Below the pieces are notes generated by a model. That model worked only from the letters and a program-made list of their open reading frames with translations. It had not been told where the DNA came from and searched no databases. 58,589 nt of DNA from Candidatus Eiseniibacteriota bacterium. Lineage in GTDB: Bacteria; Eisenbacteria; RBG-16-71-46; JABDJR01; JAWXBZ01. Positions 8,866 through 17,972 of the stretch are shown in pieces. Position 1 is the stretch's first letter. The number at the start of each line of letters is the position of its first letter. The stretch is from assembly GCA_034440375.1 (NCBI GenBank), contig JAWXBZ010000011.1:1-58589 (forward strand), given 5' to 3'. The position numbers and the translations under genes were made by a program.

Positions 8866-10467
8866 TCACGGCACCGGGATGTGTGTCGGCCAGATGATCC
8901 AGTAATCGTTCTGGAAAACAGATCCCTCCGGGGGTGTATCCGCTTTCCTCGAAATCAATATGTACTGGGCCTCGTACTTCCTGGCCACACTCTCGAGTGC
9001 CGTGCGCGAACCGTCGCGATAGGCAGGCTCGACATCTTTCATGCGAGCCAGCCACTCCGGGCCGCTTATTCCGTCGTAGGCGCAGGCCCCCCCGTCCTTG
9101 TCGGATACGACGATGGCCCGTCGGCTCAGCACCCGGAACCCGGCATTGGCCTCATGGGGTGGGACAAGGATCAGGTCGTCCCGCGCGGTATGAGCCTGAA
9201 CCCACGCTCCGGCTTCCGCCAGATAACAGCGGGTCGATGCGTCGTTACCTGTTGGCACGGCCGCCGCCTGACCCTCCCGCGCACGATGTCGGAGGGCCTG
9301 CATCGCGTTGACGGCCTTTGTATCCAGGTTCAGCAACAGCGCAAAAGCAGCGAGCCAGATCAAGGCTCCCCTCCCACCGCCGAAATCCCGCCAGTGCCAT
9401 AGCCCCAGCGCAATGACGGCAAAGATCGAGAAATAGGCATAACGGGATGCGAACCAGAGTGCGAAACGAGACAGGCCGGGCCAGACATAGGTGATCGAGC
9501 TGGCCAGGCTCAGGATCATGGCCAGAACAACGGTGGTCTCGATGAACCGGCGGGCACCGGCCGTCAGTCTCTGTCTTATCCGCGGATAGATCAGCAGGGC
9601 GAGCAGAAGAGGTGCAAGGAGCGTGCTGGCCGCCACCAGCACGGTTCCCCGGGTCGGGAAGAAGGTCAGATCAGCCCTCACGAGCAGAATCTCCAGCGAG
9701 GGAGCCTTCTGGATCATCGTGGCGTGTTTCAGCACCAGTGGAAACAAAACGACCGGCAGGATGAGGGCGGAGTGAATCAAGCCCTCACGGTAGTGAGATC
9801 CAGTCCGCCCCAGCCAGGCATAGGTGCCGGCACCGATGGCAAGGAGCAGAAATCCTGTCGGTGGATGCGTGTAGGTCAGCACGGCCGCCAACAGCGTGAA
9901 GATCTGGATCAGCCAGCGCTCGCTCAGCCCCCGGTACAGCAGGTAGAGAAGCAGCGGCGAGGCGGCACCCACGATTTCGTTCGGCTTCAGTGAGGGAAGC
10001 CCCCAGATCGGGTAGCCCCGACGGGTGAATGCGGCCAACAACGTTGCCATGGCGGCCACGATCGGATTCCCGATCACGCGCTGATTGAGCAGAAAGCATC
10101 CCGCGAGGAACAGGAAACCCATGGCGCCCAGGGCGATTCTTATGGTGGTCCAGCGGTTTTCCGTCAAGTCGTTGAGGAAATTCATGGCATGGGAATAGGC
10201 CTGAGGATAGATCGCGTGATGAACGACGAACAGCCTGTCTCTCCGAAAGAGATCGGGCTCCCGGGTCATCAATTCGTGGGCCTGGTAAAGCGCCATGTCA
10301 CAACCGCTGCAGACAATCTCGCAGGGCGGCAGATCTCTGAAACTGCCCATCAGCGTGATCAGCCAGTACGCCGCTATCCCTGCTAGGATGGCCCCGGCAA
10401 TCAGCGACGCTCGTGAGCCCGTGAATCCCGGGCGGGTCGAATGGGGGGGGATGGGATTCTCCATCAT
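8866..10467 (-). CDS. Polytopic membrane protein, GT-C-like, with a DUF6798-like C-terminal region
   Basis: Many hydrophobic segments; C-terminal FR..SRR.IVV..K...W..R...ARKY...YI pattern. Start uncertain (10467, 10464 or 10566). Confidence 0.55.
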   Translation of the reverse strand: MMENPIPPHSTRPGFTGSRASLIAGAILAGIAAYWLITLMGSFRDLPPCEIVCSGCDMALYQAHELMTREPDLFRRDRLFVVHHAIYPQAYSHAMNFLNDLTENRWTTIRIALGAMGFLFLAGCFLLNQRVIGNPIVAAMATLLAAFTRRGYPIWGLPSLKPNEIVGAASPLLLYLLYRGLSERWLIQIFTLLAAVLTYTHPPTGFLLLAIGAGTYAWLGRTGSHYREGLIHSALILPVVLFPLVLKHATMIQKAPSLEILLVRADLTFFPTRGTVLVAASTLLAPLLLALLIYPRIRQRLTAGARRFIETTVVLAMILSLASSITYVWPGLSRFALWFASRYAYFSIFAVIALGLWHWRDFGGGRGALIWLAAFALLLNLDTKAVNAMQALRHRAREGQAAAVPTGNDASTRCYLAEAGAWVQAHTARDDLILVPPHEANAGFRVLSRRAIVVSDKDGGACAYDGISGPEWLARMKDVEPAYRDGSRTALESVARKYEAQYILISRKADTPPEGSVFQNDYWIIWPTHIPVP

Positions 10468-10581
10468 GGTCAGTGTCCCTGGGATTCGCTTCGAAAAACA
10501 CGAGCGGGGAGCCTCGACAGCGCACGATCGTAACAGATCAGATGATCCATGGCTCATGGCCACCATCTCAGGGAGGATTCA

Positions 10582-11211
10582 GTGAACAAATACGTCACCG
10601 AACTCATCGGAACGTTCTTCCTCGTTCTCACCATCGGTTGCACGGTCGTGGGCGGGGCCGCGGGGGTTATTCCGCCCCTGGCGATCGGTGCGGTGCTCAT
10701 GGTCATGGTCTACGCGTGTGGACATATCTCCGGGGCCCATTTCAACCCGGCGGTGACGCTGGCCATTGTCATGCGCGGCAAGTGCGAATCGAAGGACATG
10801 ATCCCGTACTGGATCTTCCAGGTTGTCGGCGCCGTGCTGGCCGCATTCGTGGTCAAGTTTCTCTTCCCGACCGCAAGTCCGGCCGCGGCGGAGATCGACA
10901 CGGTGCGCGCGCTCGTGGCCGAGTTTCTCTTCACGTTTGCGCTGGCCTGGGTCGTGTTGAACGTGGCCACATCCAGCGACACGGCCAACAACTCCTTCTA
11001 CGGCCTGGCCATCGGCATGACCGTGCTCGCAGGTGCCTTTGCGGTTGGCGGCGTCTCGGGCGGTGCCTTTAACCCCGCGGTTGCCATCGGGGCGGCCATC
11101 ATGGGATTGCTCGACATGACCAGCATCTGGATCCACCTGGTGGCCGATTTCGCCGGTGCGGCCGCCGCGGCGCTGGCCTTCAAGGCGTTGAGCACGGCGG
11201 ACGCCTCCTGA
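10582..11211 (+). CDS. MIP-family aquaporin
   Basis: GGAGG RBS and GTG start; SGAHFNPAVT and GGAFNPAVA; AEFLFTF. Confidence 0.92.
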   Translation: MNKYVTELIGTFFLVLTIGCTVVGGAAGVIPPLAIGAVLMVMVYACGHISGAHFNPAVTLAIVMRGKCESKDMIPYWIFQVVGAVLAAFVVKFLFPTASPAAAEIDTVRALVAEFLFTFALAWVVLNVATSSDTANNSFYGLAIGMTVLAGAFAVGGVSGGAFNPAVAIGAAIMGLLDMTSIWIHLVADFAGAAAAALAFKALSTADAS

Positions 11212-11915
11212 GCCTCGCGGACAACCTGGGCGCCGTTCGCGCCCGCATCGAAATAGCCTGTCGCCTGGCCGGCCGTGAGGTCGGTTCGGTGACACTGGTG
11301 GCCGTGTCAAAGACCTTTCCCGCCGAGGCGGTGGTCCTGGCACGCGAGGCTGGCCTCTTTCATTTCGGGGAAAATCGGATCCAGGAAGCCGAAGCCAAGA
11401 TCCCGCAGGTCGCCGCCTTGTCCCGGGGCGTCGCCGGTGATCCCGTCTGGCACCTGATCGGCCATCTCCAAACGAACAAAGCCGGCAAGGCCGTAGAACT
11501 CTTCGACCTGATCCACACCATCGATTCGCCCGCGCTGGCCGCCGCCGTCGCCCACCGAGCCGCCGCCATCAACAAGCAACAGCGCGTCCTCGTACAGGTC
11601 AACTGCTCCGGTGAACCCCAAAAAAGCGGCTGCCGCCCCGAAGAAGCACAGGAACTGGTAAGAACCGTAGCCACCCACCCCGAGCTGGCCCTCGAAGGCT
11701 TCATGACCATCGGCCCCCGGAACGAAAACCCCGAATCAGCCCGCCCAGCCTTCCAACAATGTCGCGCCCTGCGCGACGAGATAGCAAAGTCCCAGACCCT
11801 CAAACTCCCCCACCTATCCATGGGAATGTCCAACGATCTGGAAGTAGCCATCGAAGAAGGTGCCACTCTGATCAGGCTAGGAAGCTCCCTCTTCGGCCAC
11901 CGCCCAAGTCCCTGA
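11208..11915 (+). CDS. yggS: PLP-homeostasis protein YggS
   Basis: LVAVSKT, FGENRIQE, WHLIGHLQTNK, LSMGMSND and AIEEGAT..RLGS motifs. The family-like N-terminus (NL..VR.RI..AC..AGR) extends upstream of GTG 11289 to CTG 11208. Confidence 0.93.
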   Translation: MSLADNLGAVRARIEIACRLAGREVGSVTLVAVSKTFPAEAVVLAREAGLFHFGENRIQEAEAKIPQVAALSRGVAGDPVWHLIGHLQTNKAGKAVELFDLIHTIDSPALAAAVAHRAAAINKQQRVLVQVNCSGEPQKSGCRPEEAQELVRTVATHPELALEGFMTIGPRNENPESARPAFQQCRALRDEIAKSQTLKLPHLSMGMSNDLEVAIEEGATLIRLGSSLFGHRPSP

Positions 11916-12052
11916 AGTTTTATCCCGGCAAGCGACTCAGGGGGGGCGATACATCTTGCGGAACTTTCCCCCCACCACTATATTGTCGCCGCGCAGGTAA
12001 CCCGGGGGGGATACCAGGGCTCCAGGGCCCTAACTTGAAGGGGTGCAAAAAG

Positions 12053-12640
12053 ATGGCCAAACTGACCCCGCTTGATATCCGCAAGCAGGAATTTCCCCAG
12101 CGCTTTCGCGGTTACGATCCGGAAGAGGTGGACACGTTTCTCGACCTGATCGCCGACGATGCGGAATCGCTGACGCTCGAAAGAAACCAGCTCCAGGAAC
12201 GCTCGTCCACGCTGGAATCGCAGCTGGCCGAGTTCAAGGAAATCGAGCGTTCGCTGCGCGATGCCCTGGTCATGGCGGAGAGGATGCAGGCGGAAGCCAG
12301 CGAGAACGCCCAGCGCCGTATCGAGTCGATGCTCCGTGAAGCCGAAGTGAAATCGTACAGCATCATCGGTGAAGCCGAGGCCAAGGGACGCGACATCATT
12401 CTTGATGCCGAGAACCGCCGCCGCGCCTTGCTCCTTGAACTGGAAGCACTTGACAGCCAGCGCGCCTACGCCTTGTCCAAGTTCCGCAGTCTTCTGGACG
12501 AGCAACGGTCCGTGCTCGAAGTGCACCTGATGTCCCGACCGGGTTCGGCGAACCTGCCGGGCCCGAACGGGTCGACCCTGGTGCCACCAAGGGAATCGGC
12601 GCCATCGCCTCAGCGTGAATCGGCGCCGGCCAGGGCCTGA
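12053..12640 (+). CDS. divIVA: DivIVA-domain coiled-coil protein
   Basis: LTPLDIRKQEF...FRGYD.EEVD.FL followed by a coiled coil; yggS/ileS context. Confidence 0.88.
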   Translation: MAKLTPLDIRKQEFPQRFRGYDPEEVDTFLDLIADDAESLTLERNQLQERSSTLESQLAEFKEIERSLRDALVMAERMQAEASENAQRRIESMLREAEVKSYSIIGEAEAKGRDIILDAENRRRALLLELEALDSQRAYALSKFRSLLDEQRSVLEVHLMSRPGSANLPGPNGSTLVPPRESAPSPQRESAPARA

Positions 12641-12960
12641 GCCGCGACACCGGCGGGCGGCCGGCCATCGAAACAACGGCCACCGGCGTACGAATCACGG
12701 TACGCGTGACGCCGCGCGCATCGTCCAACGAGGTGCGTGGCTTTGATGCGGCGGGCCTTCTTTCTGTTCGGGTGACGGCGCCGCCGGTTGATGGCGACGC
12801 CAATCGGACCGTCGTCGAACTGCTGGCGCTGTGGTCGGGAGTTTCCAAATCCTCGGTGCGGGTCGTGCGCGGCGCGTCGTCCCGGACCAAAACGATCGAG
12901 ATCAATGGCGTCGATGCCGGCACGCTGGGCGAACGCCTGACGCGAAAGGACCAACGGTGA
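12637..12960 (+). CDS. DUF167 (YggU/UPF0235) protein
   Basis: VRVTPRAS, VRVTAPPVDG.AN and G.SSR.K motifs. Start is CTG 12637 (inferred) or GTG 12706. Confidence 0.85.
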   Translation: MSRDTGGRPAIETTATGVRITVRVTPRASSNEVRGFDAAGLLSVRVTAPPVDGDANRTVVELLALWSGVSKSSVRVVRGASSRTKTIEINGVDAGTLGERLTRKDQR

Positions 12961-13778
12961 TTCCACTCCGCCAGCAGCTCGATGAAGCCGTTTCCGCCAT
13001 CAGGAAGAAGGCCGGCCTTTCGCCACGCCTGGGCCTGATTCTCGGCACGGGGCTCGGCGACGCCTCGGACGCCATCGAGGATGCCGTGGCCATCCCTTAC
13101 CACGAGATCCCGCATTTCCCGACCTCCACCGTCGTTTCCCACTCCGGCCAGTTGATCCTCGGCCACCTGTCGGGGCAGCCGGTGGTGGCCATGAAGGGGC
13201 GCGTGCACTTCTACGAGGGTTACACGATGCAACAGGTCACCTTTCCGATCCGCGTCATGCGGGCACTCGGGGCGGAGATCCTGGTGGCCTCCAACGCCGT
13301 GGGGGGAATGAACCCGCTGTTCGATGCCGGCGATATTGTCTGCATCACGGACCATATCAACTTGATGGGGGACAACCCGCTCATCGGGGCCAACGACGAC
13401 ACCCTTGGGCCCCGCTTTCCCGACATGAGCGAGCCGTATGACAAAGGGCTAATGCGGCTCGCCGAGCGCGTAGCGCTCGACGAGAAAATCAAACTCCAGA
13501 AGGGGGTGTTCGTCGCGGTGGCGGGCCCCAATCTCGAAACGCGGGCCGAGTACCGGTTTCTGCGGGCCCTCGGTGCCGATGTCGTCGGAATGAGCCTCGT
13601 CCCGGAAACAATTGTCGCGGTGCATGGGGGCATGAGGGTGCTGGCTTTTTCGGTGGTCACCGATGCCTGCCTGCCGGATGCGCTGGAGGCGGTCGACATC
13701 GAGCGGATCCTGGCCACGGCGGCCAGGGCCGAGCCGGTCCTTTCGCGGCTGGTGTCCGCGGTCCTCAAGCAGATCTGA
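12957..13778 (+). CDS. punA: Purine-nucleoside phosphorylase (trimeric, PunA/XapA type)
   Basis: ILGTGLG, GRVHFYEGY, DHIN, GPRFPDMS, GPNLET.AE and GADVVGMS.VPE motifs. Confidence 0.92.
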   Translation: MIPLRQQLDEAVSAIRKKAGLSPRLGLILGTGLGDASDAIEDAVAIPYHEIPHFPTSTVVSHSGQLILGHLSGQPVVAMKGRVHFYEGYTMQQVTFPIRVMRALGAEILVASNAVGGMNPLFDAGDIVCITDHINLMGDNPLIGANDDTLGPRFPDMSEPYDKGLMRLAERVALDEKIKLQKGVFVAVAGPNLETRAEYRFLRALGADVVGMSLVPETIVAVHGGMRVLAFSVVTDACLPDALEAVDIERILATAARAEPVLSRLVSAVLKQI

Positions 13779-13794
13779 CCGCGATCCTTTCCCG

Positions 13795-16700
13795 ATGAGT
13801 CTTTTCCCCGGGTTCTCCCGCACCATCCTCCTTGCCGACGACGAGGAGGTCACGCTTCGCTTCTGGCGCGAGGAGAAAATATTCGCGCGCCAGCTCGAAC
13901 TGCGTCAGGACGCACCGCGCTTCGTCTTTTACGAGGGCCCACCCACGGCCAACGGCCGGCCGGGCATCCACCATGTGCTGGGTCGCACGATCAAGGACCT
14001 GGTCTGCCGCTACCAGGCGATGCGGGGCTACCTGGTGGAACGGAAAAGTGGCTGGGATACCCATGGCCTGCCGGTCGAGCTCGAGGTCGAAAAGAAGCTC
14101 AAGATCCAGGGGAAGGAACAGATCGAGGCGTACGGCCTCGAGGAGTTCAATCGGCTGTGCAAGGAGTCGGTCTTCACTTACAAGGATGAGTGGGAGAGGA
14201 TCACCGAACGAATAGGCTTCTGGCTTGACCTCGAGCACCCGTATGTCACGCTGGACAATGACTACATCGAATCCGTCTGGTGGTGCCTCTCACAGTTCTG
14301 GGACAAGGGACTGGTGTACGAGGGGTTCAAGATCCTGCCCTACTGCCCCCGCTGCGAGACCCCCCTTTCCAGCCACGAGGTCAGCCAGGGATACGCCGAT
14401 GTCGAGGATCCCTCCGTCTTCGTGAAATTCCAGAGCGTCGACGACCCGAATCTCTTCTACCTGGCCTGGACGACGACCCCCTGGACGTTGATCAGCAACG
14501 TGGCGCTCGCGGTTCATCCGGAAGAGACGTATGTGCGGGTGAAACTCCTGCCGCGCGTCGGGAAGGATGGGGTGGCGAAAGTCGATACGGGGCACGCGGC
14601 CGGCGAGGATCTGATTCTGGCGAAGGCGCGGTTGTCGGTCCTGTATGGGCCGTATGACATGGTGAGCGAGTTCCCGGGGAAGGATCTCGCCGAGAAGAGA
14701 TACGTCCCGCTGTTTCCCTACTTTGGCGTCTCCGAGAACGCGTTCCGCGTTCTCGGAGCTGTGTTTGTCTCCATGTCCGACGGCACCGGCGTCGTTCACA
14801 CGGCTCCGGCCTTCGGCGAGGACGACTACCGGCTCGGATTGGCGGAGAAACTCCCCATGCCCCGACCCGTCAATCGGCGTGGCGAGTTCACGGAGGACAT
14901 CACGGCCTTCGCCGGTCAGTTCGTCAAGAAGACCGACCCGGCCATCATCGAGGAGCTGCGCGCCCGTGGCGCCCTGTACACGGCCACGACCTTCACCCAC
15001 AGCTATCCCTTCTGCTGGCGATGCGACACGCCGCTCATCTATTACGCGCGGGATTCGTGGTACCTGAAGACGACGGCATTGAAAGCGGAGATGCTGGCGG
15101 CCAACGCCACGATCGAGTGGTTTCCGCCCGAGGTGGGCGAGAAGCGATTCGGCGAGTGGCTCGAAAACAACATTGACTGGGCGATCAGCCGCGACCGCTA
15201 CTGGGGAACACCGCTGCCGATCTGGCGCTGCGAAGAGTGCGGGATCACCGATCTGGTTCCGAGCCGCGCGGGCCTCGCCGAACGGGGCGCGCTCGTTCCG
15301 GACGATCTCGACCTGCACCGGCCGTTCCTCGATCGGATCACGTTTCCCTGCCGGGTGTGCCGGGCCACCATGCGGCGCGTCCCCGAAGTCATCGACGTCT
15401 GGTTCGACTCGGGCGCCATGCCCTTCGCCCAGTGGCACTACCCCTTCGAGAACAAGGACCGGTTCGATATCAGCTTCCCGGCCGACTTCATCTCGGAGGG
15501 GATCGACCAGTGTCGCGGCTGGTTCTACAGCCTGCTGGCCGTTTCGGTGGCGGTGACCGGCCAGGCGCCGTATCGACGCTGCCTGGTCAACGGACATGTG
15601 CTGGATGCCGCCGGCCAGAAGATGTCGAAGCACAAGGGAAATACGGTCGACCCGTGGGATCTCCTGGGGAAGGAAGGGGCGGACGCGGTCCGCTGGTACC
15701 TGATGGTCAATTCGCCGCCATGGCTGCCCACCCGCTTTGACCGGAACGGCGTCACCGAAGTGGCTCGCAAGTTTTTCGGCACCCTCCGGAACGTGGCCAG
15801 TTTCTTTGCCGTGTACGCCAATATCGATGGTTGGGGCTCGGGCGCTAAGTCCGCGTCCGACACCCCCTGGCCCCTCCTCGCCGTGGAAAGCCGCCCGCTG
15901 ATCGACCGCTGGATCCTCTCGCGCCTCGACGGCCTCGTGGCGGACGTCAGCCGCCATCTTGATGAACACGATGTGACCCGCGGTGCCCGGGCACTCCAAT
16001 CCTTTGTTCTCGATGATCTTTCCAACTGGTACGTCCGGCGCAACCGTCGGCGTTTCTGGAAAGGGGAGATCGGGGCCGACAAGTCGGCCGCCTATGCCAC
16101 GCTTCACGAGGTGCTGGCCACGCTCTCGCGATTGGTGGCACCCTGGGCACCGTTCCTCGCCGAGGAACTGCACCAGAAGATCGTCCGGCCAATCGATCCA
16201 ATGGCCCCGCTCAGCGTCCATCTCACCGACTGGCCGATCGGCGGCGTCCGCCCCCGGGAGGATGCGCTCGAACAGGCGATGACCGCAGCCATGACCGTGG
16301 TGGAGACGGCCCGGGCGGTCCGGAGCCAGGCCGGACTCAAGGTACGTCAGCCGCTGGCGTTATTGATGGTGGCGCCGATTCCCAAAGCGGCGGACGCGGG
16401 AGCCGCGCCGACGCTCCCGCCCGCTGTGCATCGAGCCCTGGCCGAACTGGGTGACCTGATCCTGGATGAACTGAACGTGCGCGAGGTTCGCGCGGTACCG
16501 CCGGCCGGTCTCTTCCGCTACGAGATCAAACCGAACTTCAAGGCACTCGGACCGGTGTTCGGCAAGGAGGTCGGCCCGGTGGCCGAAGCCATCCGCCACC
16601 TTCCGGCCGAAGCGGTCGGCCGACTCGCCGGAGGGGAATCGGCCACGGCGCTGGTGGGGGGAACCGACGTGACCCTGCTGCCCGCCTGGGTGGATGTCCT

Positions 16701-17043
16701 GCATCACCCGGCCGAGGGGCTGGCCCTCCTCGAACAGGGGGGAATGGTCGTTGCGTTGGATACCCGGCTGACGCCGGCCCTCCTGGCCGAGGGATTGGTC
16801 CGGGAGCTGATACACCGGCTTCAGGGGCTAAGGAAGGAGTCCGGACTCCTCCCGACGGATCGAATTCATGTAGACTACTGGGCCGATTCAGGCCTTGCCT
16901 CCGCCATTTTGACCCATGCCGAGCTGGTCCGGGTTGAAACCCTGGCGACGGCCCTGAATTTCAAGACCAATCCGACCGACCTTGGGGCGGAGTGGGATGT
17001 GGATGGACAGGCGTTTCGCGTGACGATTCGGCCGGCCGGTTGA
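13795..17043 (+). CDS. ileS: Isoleucine--tRNA ligase, type 2
   Basis: FYEGPPTANG.PGIHH, GWDTHGLP, WTTTPWTL, DWAISR.RYWG, KMSKH and LSNWYVRR.RRRFW motifs; type-2 C-terminus. Confidence 0.97.
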   Translation: MSLFPGFSRTILLADDEEVTLRFWREEKIFARQLELRQDAPRFVFYEGPPTANGRPGIHHVLGRTIKDLVCRYQAMRGYLVERKSGWDTHGLPVELEVEKKLKIQGKEQIEAYGLEEFNRLCKESVFTYKDEWERITERIGFWLDLEHPYVTLDNDYIESVWWCLSQFWDKGLVYEGFKILPYCPRCETPLSSHEVSQGYADVEDPSVFVKFQSVDDPNLFYLAWTTTPWTLISNVALAVHPEETYVRVKLLPRVGKDGVAKVDTGHAAGEDLILAKARLSVLYGPYDMVSEFPGKDLAEKRYVPLFPYFGVSENAFRVLGAVFVSMSDGTGVVHTAPAFGEDDYRLGLAEKLPMPRPVNRRGEFTEDITAFAGQFVKKTDPAIIEELRARGALYTATTFTHSYPFCWRCDTPLIYYARDSWYLKTTALKAEMLAANATIEWFPPEVGEKRFGEWLENNIDWAISRDRYWGTPLPIWRCEECGITDLVPSRAGLAERGALVPDDLDLHRPFLDRITFPCRVCRATMRRVPEVIDVWFDSGAMPFAQWHYPFENKDRFDISFPADFISEGIDQCRGWFYSLLAVSVAVTGQAPYRRCLVNGHVLDAAGQKMSKHKGNTVDPWDLLGKEGADAVRWYLMVNSPPWLPTRFDRNGVTEVARKFFGTLRNVASFFAVYANIDGWGSGAKSASDTPWPLLAVESRPLIDRWILSRLDGLVADVSRHLDEHDVTRGARALQSFVLDDLSNWYVRRNRRRFWKGEIGADKSAAYATLHEVLATLSRLVAPWAPFLAEELHQKIVRPIDPMAPLSVHLTDWPIGGVRPREDALEQAMTAAMTVVETARAVRSQAGLKVRQPLALLMVAPIPKAADAGAAPTLPPAVHRALAELGDLILDELNVREVRAVPPAGLFRYEIKPNFKALGPVFGKEVGPVAEAIRHLPAEAVGRLAGGESATALVGGTDVTLLPAWVDVLHHPAEGLALLEQGGMVVALDTRLTPALLAEGLVRELIHRLQGLRKESGLLPTDRIHVDYWADSGLASAILTHAELVRVETLATALNFKTNPTDLGAEWDVDGQAFRVTIRPAG

Positions 17044-17058
17044 CCCGGGGAGGAGCCC

Positions 17059-17442
17059 TTGAAGAAGAAAGATCTGGAAACCCTTGAGAAGCGTCTGCTG
17101 GAAGAGCGCCAGAAACGGGTGGTTGAAATCAAACACCTGGACGAGACGGTCCTGAACAAGAACCCCAAGGATGCCTCGGGCGATCTCTCCAGCTACAGTT
17201 TCCACATGGCTGACATGGGCTCCGATGCGACGGAGCGCGAGCGGGCCTTCCTGACCGCCTCCGCCGAAGGTCGTGCCCTCCTCGATGTGGACGAAGCGCT
17301 GCGTCGCCTGTACCGGGACGAGTATGGTGTCTGCGAAACGTGCGGCGAGGAGATCCCCATGAAGCGGCTCGAAGCCGTGCCACAGGCCACCCTCTGCCTC
17401 AGCTGCAAGGCCAAGGAAGAGAAGGCGGGGCGGCGACCATGA
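17059..17442 (+). CDS. TraR/DksA C4-type zinc-finger protein
   Basis: GGAGG RBS and TTG start; HMADMGSD, YGVCETCG..I...RLEAVP....CLSC. Confidence 0.88.
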   Translation: MKKKDLETLEKRLLEERQKRVVEIKHLDETVLNKNPKDASGDLSSYSFHMADMGSDATERERAFLTASAEGRALLDVDEALRRLYRDEYGVCETCGEEIPMKRLEAVPQATLCLSCKAKEEKAGRRP

Positions 17443-17972
17443 CGGATGGGGCAGAGGGGCAAGTCCAGCCTCCCGCGCCCCGGTCCCGGCTGGTCGTCTT
17501 CGCCCTCATCGCGCTCGGGGTGATTGGCCTCGATCACCTGACCAAGTGGCTCGTGATTCAAAAGCTGCCGTTCAACCATGACATTCAATTGATCGGCGAG
17601 TGGGTCATGCTGACTCACATCAAGAATACCGGCGGCGCCTTCGGCCTCTTTCCCGGGAGCACGGTGCCGCTCATCATCGTCTCCTCGGTGGCCTCCGTCA
17701 TCCTCTGCTTCCTGGCCGTTCGGCTCCGGGCCGACTGGACGCGGCTCATCGCGCTCGGCCTTATCCTGGGTGGTGCCGTCGGCAACCTCATCGACCGGAT
17801 CACACAGAAAAAGGTGACGGACTTCATCAACGTCGGGCTTCCGGACGGGCTTCGCTGGCCCATTTTCAACGTGGCCGATTCGGCGGTCACCATCGGCGTG
17901 GTCGTGCTCGGCTACCTCGTTTACGTCAAAGGATCGGGCAACGATCATGCGCCAGACGGTTCCACCGGCTGA
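17439..17972 (+). CDS. lspA: Lipoprotein signal peptidase II
   Basis: D..TK, NTGGAFG, GNLIDR, VTDFI and FNVADS motifs; ATGA overlap. Confidence 0.95.
   Translation: MTDGAEGQVQPPAPRSRLVVFALIALGVIGLDHLTKWLVIQKLPFNHDIQLIGEWVMLTHIKNTGGAFGLFPGSTVPLIIVSSVASVILCFLAVRLRADWTRLIALGLILGGAVGNLIDRITQKKVTDFINVGLPDGLRWPIFNVADSAVTIGVVVLGYLVYVKGSGNDHAPDGSTG

Noticed and set aside
13779-13794. T-box riboswitch before ileS
   Set aside because: The intergenic gap is only 16 bp.
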